Made by a program: the position numbers and the translations under genes. 64,000 nucleotides of DNA, from NCBI RefSeq assembly GCF_016432865.1, contig NC_067401.1:191146001-191210000 (forward strand), given 5' to 3'. Source of the DNA: Antechinus flavipes. Its lineage: Eukaryota. Below are positions 1 to 13,985 of the stretch, piece after piece; the stretch's first letter is position 1; each line of letters begins with the position of its first letter. The notes under the pieces were generated by a model, which was not told where the DNA came from, made no database searches, and saw nothing but the letters and a program-made list of their open reading frames with translations.

Positions 1-387
1 CTGAGGGGATATTACAGTGATACCTGTTGGGAGGGCTGGTGGTGAAAGTCACAATGGCCTAAATCTATTTTTTTTAATATGATGTATCTATCTATATTTT
101 GAGGTAGAAAAGAGGGCAGAGGAGACTGAGTACAGGTCCAAGGATGATGGGAAGGGAAAGGCAAGGGAGCAAAATACAATTGTCAACTTTAAGAGTGACT
201 GAAAGGTTATACTGAAAGGTAAAAAAGGACTAAGGACATCATGGATCAAGATGTTCAGAGGTCACAAGGAACAGAGATTCACACTAGGGTCTGTTGGCAT
301 AAAAGAGCATCAGATTATATGAAAATTCAAACCAAGGTCAAGGATCACATTATAGTTCAAGAGGATCATGGAATCACAACAGCTCAC

Positions 388-1684
388 CTGGGGACTGCTG
401 ACAGGGCCATAGGGTCCAGGAGGGGCTGGGGGAGGCAGCCCAGGCGACCCCATTGAGGAGCTGATGACAGGGAAGGGGGAGCCAAGTGGGAGTTGGGACG
501 GGCCTCCTGTTCCTAGAAGGGATGAAGCTGCAGAGGGTAGGGGAGCCAGGGGGGGCCCAGGAGAAGAGGGAGGGCCCCCCCGGGTAGGAGGCTGTGGGGA
601 TGAGCTCAGGGAGGAGCTGTCTGGGCTTCTACAGTCTGGATGGGAAGAGAGGAAAGAGAGAAACAGAGACAAAGATGCGAGAAACAACAACAAAAAAAGA
701 TAATCAGTCTTCAGCTGGTCAACTACTTCTATTCAAATTCAACATTTATTTAGAGTCTACTACGCGCAAGTCCCTGTAGTAGGCATTGGGAATACAAAAT
801 TAAAGACTAAATTTCCTCCACCCCAGATGAAGACACTTAGCTTTTCATCATTTTTTCGTTTTGCCCAAACCAGACCAGGACCAGGGATAAGACACTCCTT
901 TTGGTTAGGAAGTTGCAGAGTGCTTTGGATTTTCTTGGGGGGAGGGGGGGAGGGAGAATAGAAATAAAATGACAAATTCTTTTTCTTGAACTGGGAAAAG
1001 ATTTGGAACTCAGCTTAAAGGTCTATTTTACATGTGAAGAAACTGAGGCCCAGAAAGGACTAGTGACTTGTTCAGGATCCCAAAGCTGCTAAGAGTTGAC
1101 GCCAACATTCTAACTCGGGTCTCCCAAGCTCCATTTTCTCCAGAGATGAGTTGGAGGCATAAGACGGTACTAAGAATGGTCTGTGGGTAATAGAACGATG
1201 AACCTGGCCATTTAGAGCAGAACTTAGTGGGGAGTGACCTGGAGCCTATCAGTGTGAGTGGGATCCTAAGTGCAATACACAAGCAATCCCTCTATCACAG
1301 CTACTGCAGCCTGAACTCGGAGGTCAGGTTCACCCAGAGGGGGAGACTGGAAGATGCTGACCCCAACTTGACACCTGCTCCGCCCCCCAGTCCTCCCTCT
1401 CGCCAATCCCTCTCGAGTAAAACAGAGTGCTGACCGGGCTCCTCCATCCCACTCGAGACTCTAGAGTTAATGGGAAGCAAGATCCTCCCAACATTTGGAT
1501 TATCCCGAAACTGGGCGTTCGGCAGGGGAGGGGGAGGGGAGACGGTAGGCAAAGACACCCAAGGGTGGATGTAGAAGGGGAAGAAAACATGCAGTTAACA
1601 CCATCGCTCACCCGCCCCCCACCTCCCCCCCATCCCCGCTCGGCTCTACCCTGCCTACCACTCACCCCGCCCGCTGTCGCCCAT
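388..1684 (-). CDS. RXRB: Retinoid X receptor beta, 5' part (coding exons 1-2; gene continues off the left edge)
   Basis: Exon 1 coding 1684-1666 (ATG GGC GAC AGC GGG CGG G|GTGAGT = MGDSGR). Exon 2 635-388 (248 nt, CCAG|...CAG|GTGAGC) encodes DCRSPDSSS...PLGSPFPVISSSMGSPGLPPPAPPGPYGPVSSPQ, matching the RXRB A/B domain as I recall it. A probable exon-3 acceptor (TCCCCTCAG) sits at positions 9-1. The head-to-head arrangement with SLC39A7 is the known synteny. Confidence 0.93.
1015..1110 (-). mobile_element. MIR/Ther-type SINE fragment (similar fragments near 16190-16330, 19240-19400, 22120-22330, 30820-31030, 51450-51680)
   Basis: MIR core motif TTTTACA..GAAGAAACTGAGGCCCAGA..GTGACTTG. Confidence 0.7.
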
Positions 1685-1879
1685 CCCGTCCCGTCCCGCT
1701 TCCCCCGGCTCCGGCTCCGGGGCTTGTTGTTCTCCGGCCGCCACCTCCACCCGCCGCCGCTACCACCGGGTCCCGGCCCCACAATGCTTCGCGTCACGCT
1801 CCCCCACAGGCCCACACTGCCCTGCGGCATGGGTGCTAGAGAAGGATCGATGGGGAGGGCAAAGCTGCCCATGGCATGG

Positions 1880-2300
1880 TCCCCAGAAGGAGGTGTGCAA
1901 GGACTTGGGGGAAGATACCTACAGAGCTCTGGAATCGGAAGAGAAGGATAACATACTGTCAGGATCTTGGGATGGGGCGCCAGATCTGGCGGAACAAGGT
2001 ACTTCTCTTTGCCCTAAACCAAGATGGCAGCACCGTGGCCAGGAAGCTGCTGAGTTAGTTTCCGCCCTTTACCAAGGTGGAGGAGGCCGCTCCGTTCTTT
2101 CCGGCTGGCTCACTTCCTCCGTACACGCATGCGTATCAAAGGACGCGTATCCCCGTAGCTGCAGCTGAGAGCCGATGTTTGGGTAAAAGAAAGGGGCGGA
2201 GAAAAGGTGGAACTTCCTCTTCTCTCAGCAACGGGGATCGCGGGAGTGCCACGTCCGTCTGTGTGAATCGAGGAGAGAGGAGATCCCGGGAGCGGTAAGA
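1880..2300. promoter_or_regulatory. Bidirectional CpG-rich promoter of RXRB/SLC39A7 and probable non-coding SLC39A7 exon (donor GT at 2295)
   Basis: CpG-rich interval between divergent genes. Contains a YY1-like AAGATGGC (~2021), an NRF1-like CGCATGCG (2126-2133), ETS-like CTTCC motifs and GCCACGTC (2248-2255). Donor GCG|GTAAGA at 2294/2295 pairs with acceptor TTTCTAG at 2571. Motif calls are pattern matches only. Confidence 0.7.
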
Positions 2301-2580
2301 CCCCAGCCTCGGTTTGCATTCACAGCTCCCTTATCCTCCCAGGTACCATCGAGACGGTGGCCCAGAGGGAACAATAAGCCGGAAGACCTGAAGACTAACG
2401 AGACTTTTCCCAGGCATCTGAGAGCCCGGAGAGGGATGGGGAAGGGGGGCGGGGAAGGAGTCTAAAAGAGGCATTCTAAGGACCATGGTTTAGGGGGAAT
2501 AGGAAAACAGCCACACTAGTGAATAGATTCGTTAGATGGATCCGGAAGAATCACTGTCTCTTTCTTTCTAGGTAATCACG

Positions 2581-5384
<2,804 letters not shown>

Positions 5385-5924
5385 GAGGTGGGAGACCCCT
5401 TCCCCTAAACCTTGAAGAATAGGGTCATCTGGATGGGGGGCATTAGCCAAAGGGAGAATGAGCCAAGTACTAGAAAGACAAATGTCTAAAAAGTCAACAA
5501 ACTTGTGTTAACCCTACAAGGCTGAATGTTCCAGGGAGCAATAGTCTTGAGAATGAGAGGCAAGAACGGCTGTAGTATTGAGAATTGAGTTAGGTTTTAG
5601 GAGGCATAACTAATTGTGATTGACTCCAAGAAGGAAGAGGGAGCCACAGAATAAGGACTCTTAGCACCTGTGTTCCCCATACCTGTTCTCAAGGGACTAA
5701 GCTGCCCCCAGCTGCACCTCCCATCTCTCTCATGACGGTGTGCCTTTCTCAAAGGCCTGAGAGCCCTAGACCGAGGAAGGGAGGGGAGGGGTCAGGATTA
5801 AGATCAATCGTGTGTAGTGATTGGGAGTGGGGAAGAGGGAAGTCTTGTTATTGAACTTATAACTGTTTAGGTTTTGCTTTTTTTATATCGTGGGGGGGGG
5901 AGGGGGAGGGAGGGAATTGGGGGG

Positions 5925-6189
5925 AAGAGGAAGTGACCGGAAATAAAGGCATCGGCTCTTTTATCCCATCTGGTCTCTTGTTTTAATTTCGGGGAAGGAA
6001 CGGATGTGTACCCTGGCCTCAGGTACCAGGAGAATTTTAACACTTCTTCCCTGGGGCTTGGGTCCCGTGGAACTCTAGTTAGTAGCTCCGGAGAACTAAT
6101 ATGCCTCGGTTCTCTTCTGATTGGCTTCAAGTTCTCAGCCCCGCCCTTTTCTCTGCTCCCATTGGCTTGGGGCCGAAGTTTTCTTTACC
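5925..6189 (+). promoter_or_regulatory. HSD17B8 promoter
   Basis: ETS motifs GGAAGTGACCGGAAAT (~5929-5944), two inverted CCAAT boxes (GATTGG ~6119, CATTGG ~6160) and a GC box, immediately upstream of the ATG at 6190. Confidence 0.6.
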
Positions 6190-8351
6190 ATGGCGGCCCA
6201 GCTCCGACTGCGTTCGGCGTTAGCTCTGGTCACAGGTTAGGGAACCTAACCATACTCCACCATCCGCCTTCCCGACTGGGGGTGGGGAGGGGGATGCTTT
6301 TTCTGGCGGGTGATGTCACGCGAGGGTCGCGGGAGGGTGGGTTTCCCAGGAAAGTGTTTAGAGTGCTAGTGTTCCGCTCCATTGCCCGGTGTTAGGTGCT
6401 GGCGCGTTCTCCGAGTACTCCCACCTCCGATGCCGGGGTCTGTCTTTTTGACGTGGTACGCTAGGACCATGCGTTTGTACTCCTTTCCTATCCCTACTAC
6501 CTAGGTGCAGGCAGTGGCATCGGTCAGGCAGTCTGCCTGCGCCTGGCCAAGGAAGGAGCACTAATAGCTGCAAGTGACCGGGATGGGGCAGCGGCCGAGA
6601 AAACTATACGGCTTTTGGAGGTGATGGGGAAAGAGGCTGGGGCCGTCCCCAAGGGTCACGCTGCTTTTCAGGTGGATGTGGCCGAGGCCGGAGCCGCCCA
6701 GGGGGTAATTGAGCAAATCCAGGTGAGACAGAGCATGCGCAGCCCCGCTGTCCAATGGGAAAAGGAAAAGCAATTGCTTTTGTGGATCTATTTCCCTAAG
6801 TGTGTTTTTGTGTTTCGCGGCCAGTAATCTCTCCTGCCTGCTTCCCCTAGGGCTGCTTCTCACGCCCACCATCAGTGGTGGTCTCTTGTGCTGGAATCAT
6901 TCGGGATGAGTTTTTGCTCCGAATGCCTGAGGATTACTGGGATGAAGTCATTGCTGTCAACCTCAAGGTCTTGAGCAGCGATTCTTTCATATCCTGTGGA
7001 CATCCTGACCCTGACCCGAATTTATCTGTTTAGGAGAGATTGAGACAGGGTCCCCAAAATAAGGGAAGTGTTGAGTACTGTGACCATCAGTACCTTTGTC
7101 ATCCTTTCCCTTCATTTTCAGGGCACCTTTTTGGTCATGCAGGCTGCAGCTAGAGCTCTGGTATCCAGTGGCTGTGGTGGCTCCATTATCAACATGAGCA
7201 GTATCATAGGAAAGGTCAGCCTGGGACAAGGCGAATGGGAGGAAAGACAGCTTCCCCTGTGATCTCTGATCATGACTTTTCCACAGGTGGGGAACCTGGG
7301 TCAGGCAAACTATGCAGCATCCAAAGCTGGAGTGGATGGAATGACCCGAAGTGTGGCTCGAGAACTTGGACGGTTAGCTTGGGTGACGAGAGGGATCATT
7401 AAGCTGGTTACTTTTTACATCAGCAAAATAATTGCCACCTGTGTAGTATGATTGATCCCAGATCAGCTAATAGTAATAAATTGATGCCAGCCTGGCAATC
7501 ACTAGTGTCAGAATGGGGAATTAGCTATTATCAGAGGTTAGTGATAATTCTTCCTCCTCACAGACATGGAATCCGCTGTAACTCTATCCTTCCAGGATTC
7601 ATCATAACACCCATGACAAAGAAAGTACCACAGAAAGTATTGGACCAGGTAGGGGTCACCTAAACTCTCCCTTTCTTCACCACTTAGCAAACCTTATCAT
7701 TGTGAAAATTTTGGACAAGACCCAGGACAGAGAAACTACTTATTCATAATTTTTTAAAACTTTGTCTACTTTCAGATAACTCCACAAATCCCCATGGGCC
7801 ATCTGGGGCTTCCAGAGGGTGAGAAACAAGGGTAAAGAAAAGATAGAAAATATGGAAAGAGAAAGAGTGAGTGGAAGGGAGAAATAGAAATTGGAGTTTA
7901 AATAAGTGGAGACTGAAAGATATCTTTAGACACAAGGACTAGGATGTTTGTGAGATGGTGGCCTTAAGGTTGGAAGTTAAATATTATGGTTGTTGTCTTT
8001 TTTTTTTTTTTTTTTTTTGGGGGGGGGTGTAATACTTCCCAAGATACAATGGGCAGCAGTGATAAGACTTCTGAACCTTTTCCCCAGATGTGGCAGATGT
8101 GGTAGCATTCCTGGCATCAGATGACAGTGGATACATAACAGGGACCACTCTGGAGGTCACTGGTATGATGAAAAGAAAATTGGAAACAGGACCCAATAAA
8201 TTGGGAAGTTAACGGATACCTTTGAAACAATTCTTAGGGACTGGGGAAGTCTTGAAGTACTGGGGAAGATGTGAGAGGTTAGAGAAATCCTATTCCAAGC
8301 TCTTGTCTTTTCTCTCTATTTCTGACCCTTCCAGGAGGTCTCTTCATGTAA
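6190..8351 (+). CDS. HSD17B8: 17-beta-hydroxysteroid dehydrogenase 8 / 3-oxoacyl-ACP reductase subunit (HKE6), 9 exons, 259 aa
   Basis: Exons 6190-6235, 6505-6722, 6851-6967, 7122-7214, 7287-7372, 7564-7648, 7776-7818, 8088-8162, 8335-8351 (780 nt). SDR motifs TGAGSGIG and NYAASKAG, and C-terminus [22 protein letters not shown] at 8490-8495. Confidence 0.98.
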
Positions 8352-9522
8352 CCCCCACAGAGTCCCAGGACACACCTCTTTCCCCCAAGAAGTATCATAG
8401 CCAGGCAAAGGAAGATTCAAATATAGGACAGGAGACCAGCAACTTTATATTGGGGAGACAAGTTATATGAAAAGGGTATCTGAAACCCTAATAAATTTCA
8501 AATCTTTGTACCACCTCTCGTTTCTTCTTGTGTCCAAACCTTCAGACTCCTCCCCATTTCCTCCTTCCCTTCTCCTAGTGGGATTGTTCCTATTCACTGG
8601 CTCGTTTCCCAGGGCAACCCTAGCCACCGGGTGTGAGAGGGAAAGGTTGTGGGATACAAGGCCTGCAGAAGGAGGGGGTCTTGTCCCCACTCCTTTAGAT
8701 TGCCCCAATGTCCAGAATCCTCCCCCCTAACTTTTCCCATCCCTGTGTCCCGCAAGGGGGTACTGGGATGAGGGCGTATTTCTGACTCTGGCCTTAGTGT
8801 AAAGGGGGACAATGTGGAATATATGCCTCAACTTTCATCCTTTTTCTCTCAGTCCCCTTTCTATTCCTCCCCCCTCTTCTTGATGCTTCACAATAGTGCT
8901 GCCAGCCTGGAGATCAGAGTAGGGGGTGGGGGATTAGAGGAGGTGGCCAGGATTAGGGGAAGGGACCAGCCATTGAAAGGGGCCAGAGGGGATGAAAGAG
9001 GGACTGAGGGGGAGAAGAAAGGAGGGGTAATGGGGAGGGGAAATGAGGGGGCCAGGGGCGAATAGCCTCTGGAGCCCACTTAAGGACTGGCCACGGACGA
9101 CGGAGAGGACAGGGAAGTGGTGGGTTCGGAAGGGAGGGGGGACTGGAGCAAAAAAAGGGCGGGCTAGGGAATTGGGGTGTGGGAAGAACAACTCCCCCAT
9201 CTCCACAGCTTCCCTCTCTCGGTCCCCAACTTGATCTCTGGTCCATGTGCACCTGCTCCAGTGGAAAGGAGGTCTAGGCTCCTCTCCAACTCCCGTATCA
9301 TTCCTGCGCCCACTTTTTTTGAATTGGGATCCCCTCGTTGTCTTTACCTCCCCATCCTCTCCTCTTTCCCATCCCCTGACACCTCTAGGTCTCTATCGGC
9401 TCTCCTCTTTATCTTACAGTCTTTTCATTCCCCCCAAGACGGCCCCCTTACCCCACCACAGCAGTCTCTGGCCCTCCATAGGTTGGGTTCTCTATCCCCC
9501 TAGTAACCATCCTGCTCGGGCA

Positions 9523-9596
9523 GCGGCTCCTGATTGTCCAAACGCAATTCTCGTGGCTCCGGCCCTCGAGAATTGGGTCTGGACATCCCGAGCCGC
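9523..9596 (+). ncRNA. MIR219-1: pre-miR-219-1 hairpin
   Basis: Mature 5p TGATTGTCCAAACGCAATTCT (9531-9551) equals miR-219-5p. 3p arm AGAATTGGGTCTGGACATCCCG (9569-9590). Closing stem GCGGCTC/GAGCCGC. Position between HSD17B8 and RING1 matches human. Confidence 0.97.
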
Positions 9597-9899
9597 GGGC
9601 CCCCGCCTCGCAGAGGGGGCGCGGACTTCAGGACGCCTGACACAGAAGAAGGGAGTCCCTAAAACGGAGCGAGCCGGGTGGGAATGAGGACTCCGTGGCG
9701 TGCCTTCGGGACTGGAGACGCTTGTACTGAGTGCAGCAACTAGAGATGAGGATACAGAGAAGGGTGGGCTAGGAGCGGCAGGAGGGCTGGAGGATAAAGA
9801 TGGAGGGCCCTTCTCATTCTAGTCTCCAGTGTAAGGCAGCTTGGGGCCACTCCGCGTTCTTCCCACGGAAGGCAGGCGATGTCACATCTCCAGCCCACT

Positions 9900-10300
9900 C
9901 CGAAAAGAAGCGGCCTCACCGGGAGGAGTGTGTCCTTCCTCCCAGTGCCTTTAGGTGCAGGAAGCCGGTGGAGGTGCGTCCCGTCCCGTCTCTATCCCGC
10001 GTGACCATCGGGAAGGAGCCCCACGTGGAGCAAGAAAGCGGCACACTCGCCCGTACCCTCACGTGGAGGGCATGTGTCACGTGTGCGAAAGAGGTTGGGG
10101 GGAGATCCTCCTTCGATCCAAGTTCCACCCGCGTTCCGGATCAGCCCGGTGACGTAACCATGGTTCTGAGTCAGATAGGGGAGGGAATGGGAAGGCGGAA
10201 GTGACGCATGGGCCCGAGCGCCCCAGCCATGGCGGCACCGGGAGATGTATCGGCGGCGGTGGGACCGGGGTCCTGAGTGGGAGGGACCGAGGATTGAGTG
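9900..10300 (+). promoter_or_regulatory. RING1 CpG-island promoter and non-coding first exon (donor ~10298; next exon acceptor at 10544)
   Basis: CpG-dense. Contains GTGACGTAA plus an RFX-like palindrome AACCATGGTT (10149-10166) and an ETS-CRE composite GCGGAAGTGACG (~10195-10206). Donor GA|GTGAGT. Confidence 0.65.
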
Positions 10301-10617
10301 AGTTTGGCCCGGAAAATACACGACGATAGGGGACAGGGATCGGGTAGGACGCCGGCGGCAGAGGGAACCCTGGAAGAGAAACCTAGGCTGGTGGGCGGGA
10401 TGTGGGGCAGGAGGAGGGAAGAGGAGGGGGGAAGGGAAAGAAATGTAAGGGGGCGGGGCCTCGGGGATTGGAGCGCGTATAGAAGGGGCGGAGCGAAGAG
10501 AGGTGGACCTTAACCCCCACTCCCACTCTCATCCCCACCCCCAGGAAAACTCCGGCAGCTCCTTAGTGGCCCAGTCTGCCCCCAGATCTCCGGAGTGGTG
10601 GTCGGCTCCTTGTCACC

Positions 10618-13000
10618 ATGGCGACCCCAGCAAATGCACAGAGCGCCAGCAAAACGTGGGAACTAAGTCTCTATGAGCTACATCGGACTCCACAGGTGAG
10701 GAAGGGGATCCCCATTCACGCGCATCTCTCCTTCGCACCGCATCCTATACTGTTTACTGTTAACTTCCCCTATCTTGCCTGTATCCAGTTTCTCATCTTT
10801 ATAGGCGACCCAAAGACTGCATATTTTATATGCTTCTCCATCCTGATCTTTCTCACTAATTCCGTTTCTGCAGGAGGCCATCATGGATGGCACAGAAATT
10901 GCTGTTTCCCCACGATCCCTACACTCAGAGCTCATGTGCCCAATCTGTCTGGACATGCTCAAGAATACCATGACCACCAAGGAGTGTCTGCATCGCTTCT
11001 GCTCAGACTGCATTGTCACTGCGCTGCGGAGCGGGTATCAGGAGATACTTGCTAGAATTGGAGGGGTGGGGTGTGGGGGTGTGTGAGGATGGTGAGGTTC
11101 CATGCCTGTGGATGATCTTCTAATCCCTTTTTAGTGTGTGAAAGTAACAGAAACCTCCAGTTACCATTTTGCATTGTAAGTGGTTTCTTTCCTCTAACTC
11201 AATGCAGGAACAAAGAGTGCCCTACTTGTAGGAAGAAACTGGTATCAAAGCGGTCTCTTCGGCCAGATCCAAACTTTGATGCGCTAATCTCCAAAATCTA
11301 CCCGAGTCGAGAGGAATATGAGGCCCACCAGGATCGTGTCCTTATTCGGCTTAGCCGCTTGCATAACCAGCAAGCACTGAGCTCTAGCATTGAGGAGGGG
11401 CTCCGAATGCAGGCAATGCACAGGTATAAAAGTGGTGATACTGAAGTGCTAGACACTAAATTCTAGGAGGTTTCTGGGCATGTAGTAGGCAAAAATTGAT
11501 GATTTTCACTTTCTTGTTTTTTGGCCTCCTAACATCTGACCTCTGACTGCCTAGCCTTCCTACATACTGATTTCTAATTGTTGTTCTTTGCCTCTACAGG
11601 GCCCAACGTGTAAGAAGGCCAATGCCAGAGTCAGACCAGACAACAACAATGAGTGGTGGGGAGGGAGACCCTGGTGAGGGAGAGGGGGATGGGGATGGGG
11701 AAGATGTTAGTTCAGATTCTGCCCCAGATTCTACTCCTGGACCTGCCCCCAAGCGACCTCGGCCAGGGATGGCGGGAAGTAACAGTGGAGGAACAGGGGG
11801 AGGGGCTACTGGAGGTATAGGTGGGGGAGCAGGTTCTGAGGATTCTGGGGACCGGGGTGCCCCGCTGGGTGGAGGGACCCTGGGTCCACCAAGCCCACCT
11901 GGGGCTCCCAGTCCTCCTGAGCCAGGAGGAGAGATCGAGCTTGTGTTCCGGCCCCATCCTTTGCTGGTTGAAAAAGGAGAATACAGTCAGACTAGGTGAG
12001 GAAATTCCCTCAGCAACTGTCTAAAAATTGGGGAACCAGGGACCAAAAGGGATACCCCAAAGTCACAGGGCTTCCTTGTCCAGTCCTGAGGATAATTCCA
12101 TCTATCACTTTGACTCCCCCAAATTCAGAAACATACCTAATGCAAAATCATGATTTCTTCCAAACTTTAAACAATTTCCTGAAAACCCCCAAGATGCCCT
12201 TTCAATATAACATATTTCCTGTTTCACATATATGCTGTATCAAAGCATATTTGCTTTTTTTCACTGATCATTTGCCCCAATTCCTCAGATATGTGAAGAC
12301 AACAGGGAATGCCACAGTTGACCACCTCTCCAAGTACTTGGCTCTAAGGATTGCACTTGAACGGAGGCAGCAACAAGAGGCAGGGGAGCCTGGGGCGCCA
12401 GGTGGAGGAGTCCCAGAAGCTGGAGGACCTGAGGGAGGTGGGGGGGAGGCACCCAGAACTGGAGGAACTGATGGGACAGAGGAGCCAGCCTTGCCCAGCC
12501 TGGAGGGTGTCAGTGAGAAGCAGTATACCATCTACATTGCACCTGGGGGAGGAGCTTTCACGGTGAGAAAATGGAAGGGAATAATTGTGGGGGGGTATTG
12601 GGAACAAGAGAAAAATTTAAGATAAAACATGCTCCATTCATCTTGTCACTAATCAGTTTTCTGTATGCTGTTTCTCTCCCACTTTTCTTTTTGTCCTTCC
12701 ATTTATCTCCCATTACCTTCCTCTTTTATTCTTTTTTTTCCCTTCCCATCCCTCTCCCTCTTTTTTCATACTTGGAGATTTTTCTTTATATCACTCATGT
12801 CTTTTTTTTCCCCCTGATCCCACTTTTTTTTTCTCCTTCCTTTTAACACTGTTCTCCCCTTCCCTCTACCTTCTTTCTGATTTATTTCATATCCCTAGAC
12901 TTTGAATGGCTCACTGACCCTGGAGTTGGTGAATGAGAAGTTCTGGAAGGTGTCCAGACCCCTGGAGCTGTGCTATGCCCCAACTAAGGACCCCAAGTGA
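10618..13000 (+). CDS. RING1: E3 ubiquitin ligase RING1 (RING1A, PRC1), 6 coding exons, 408 aa
   Basis: Exons 10618-10695, 10874-11034, 11208-11423, 11600-11995, 12289-12562, 12899-13000 (1227 nt). C3HC4 RING (CPICLDML...CLHRFCSDC...CPTC), Gly-rich linker and RAWUL C-terminus ending [18 protein letters not shown] at 13467-13472. Confidence 0.98.
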
Positions 13001-13479
13001 CCCAAGGGATGGGGCTCATGGGGCTTCTGTGTGTATGTCCTAGCTCTGCCTCCAGGTCTGTGTTCCCCCTACCCCACTCCTTACCCTGCCTGGCCGGCGG
13101 AGAGAGGACACCGAAGAGGACAAATGGCTTTTATATAAAGTGTCTATATCAGATTCTTCTATATTGTACAGATTGGGGTGTGCACCCCCAATTCCTTCCT
13201 TTTCTATTCACCAGTCACCTCCCTTCTGTAATGGGATGTTATGGAGGGAAGAAAACCTCCCCTCCCGCCAACAACGCATTTGCTTTTTTTCTTTCAAATC
13301 TGTGTCTGTCTGTGTGTTGGGGGAGGGGGGAATGGACCAAAGAAGGAAGGGGAAATAGTATCGACCATGAAAAATTTTGAATGTTGCCTCCGTGGGAAAA
13401 AATCAGATCGCTAATACAGTTTGAAAGCCGGAAGGAGCAAAGTGGAAGAGATAAAAATATCTCCCCAATAAACGAGAGT

Positions 13480-13985
13480 GGCTAGCAGATATCGTCGCTG
13501 CCCTGCTTGTTCTGCGTCCCTTGTCCTTGGTCACAGTTACAGCTTCATGGCGCTCCGCCTCCCTGGACGTCTAAGAGGGGCAGTAGCCAGGACTACGGTT
13601 CCCATGAGGCCTCAGAGTAGGGCATCGCTGACCTTAGAACGCTACTGTCCCGAAGGCCTATGGGGATTGTGGTTTTTACTTCCCCAGGTAGTGGGGGAGG
13701 GGGTCGTGGAAATCATTGGTTCGCCTTTCTTGCTGCAAGATGGGTGGGATGTGAGCTTACCCGGGACAGAGTTGCAGGGGCTGATAAGCGTCAGGGCTCA
13801 ACGGGAAATCTAGTAGAAAGCTGGATGGCTTTGGGAGGGATCGAGCCCCTCCCGCCCCCGCCCCTTCTTCGGGTACTCTGCCTCTCACTTCCTGTTTCCG
13901 CTACTCCTTTCATTTCTCCCCGTCCCCAAATTCCCGTGTCTGAGCTCAGTCCGCTGTCTGGCTGGCAGTCGAGTTGGTGGTGCAG
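13480..13985 (+). promoter_or_regulatory. CpG-rich promoter and probable first exon of the KRAB-ZNF gene
   Basis: ZNF143/THAP11-type motif GACTACGGTTCCCATGAGGC (13591-13610), a second degenerate copy ~13642, ETS motifs CACTTCCTGTTTCCG (~13886) and a strong donor CAG|GTAAT at 13985/13986. Confidence 0.6.
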
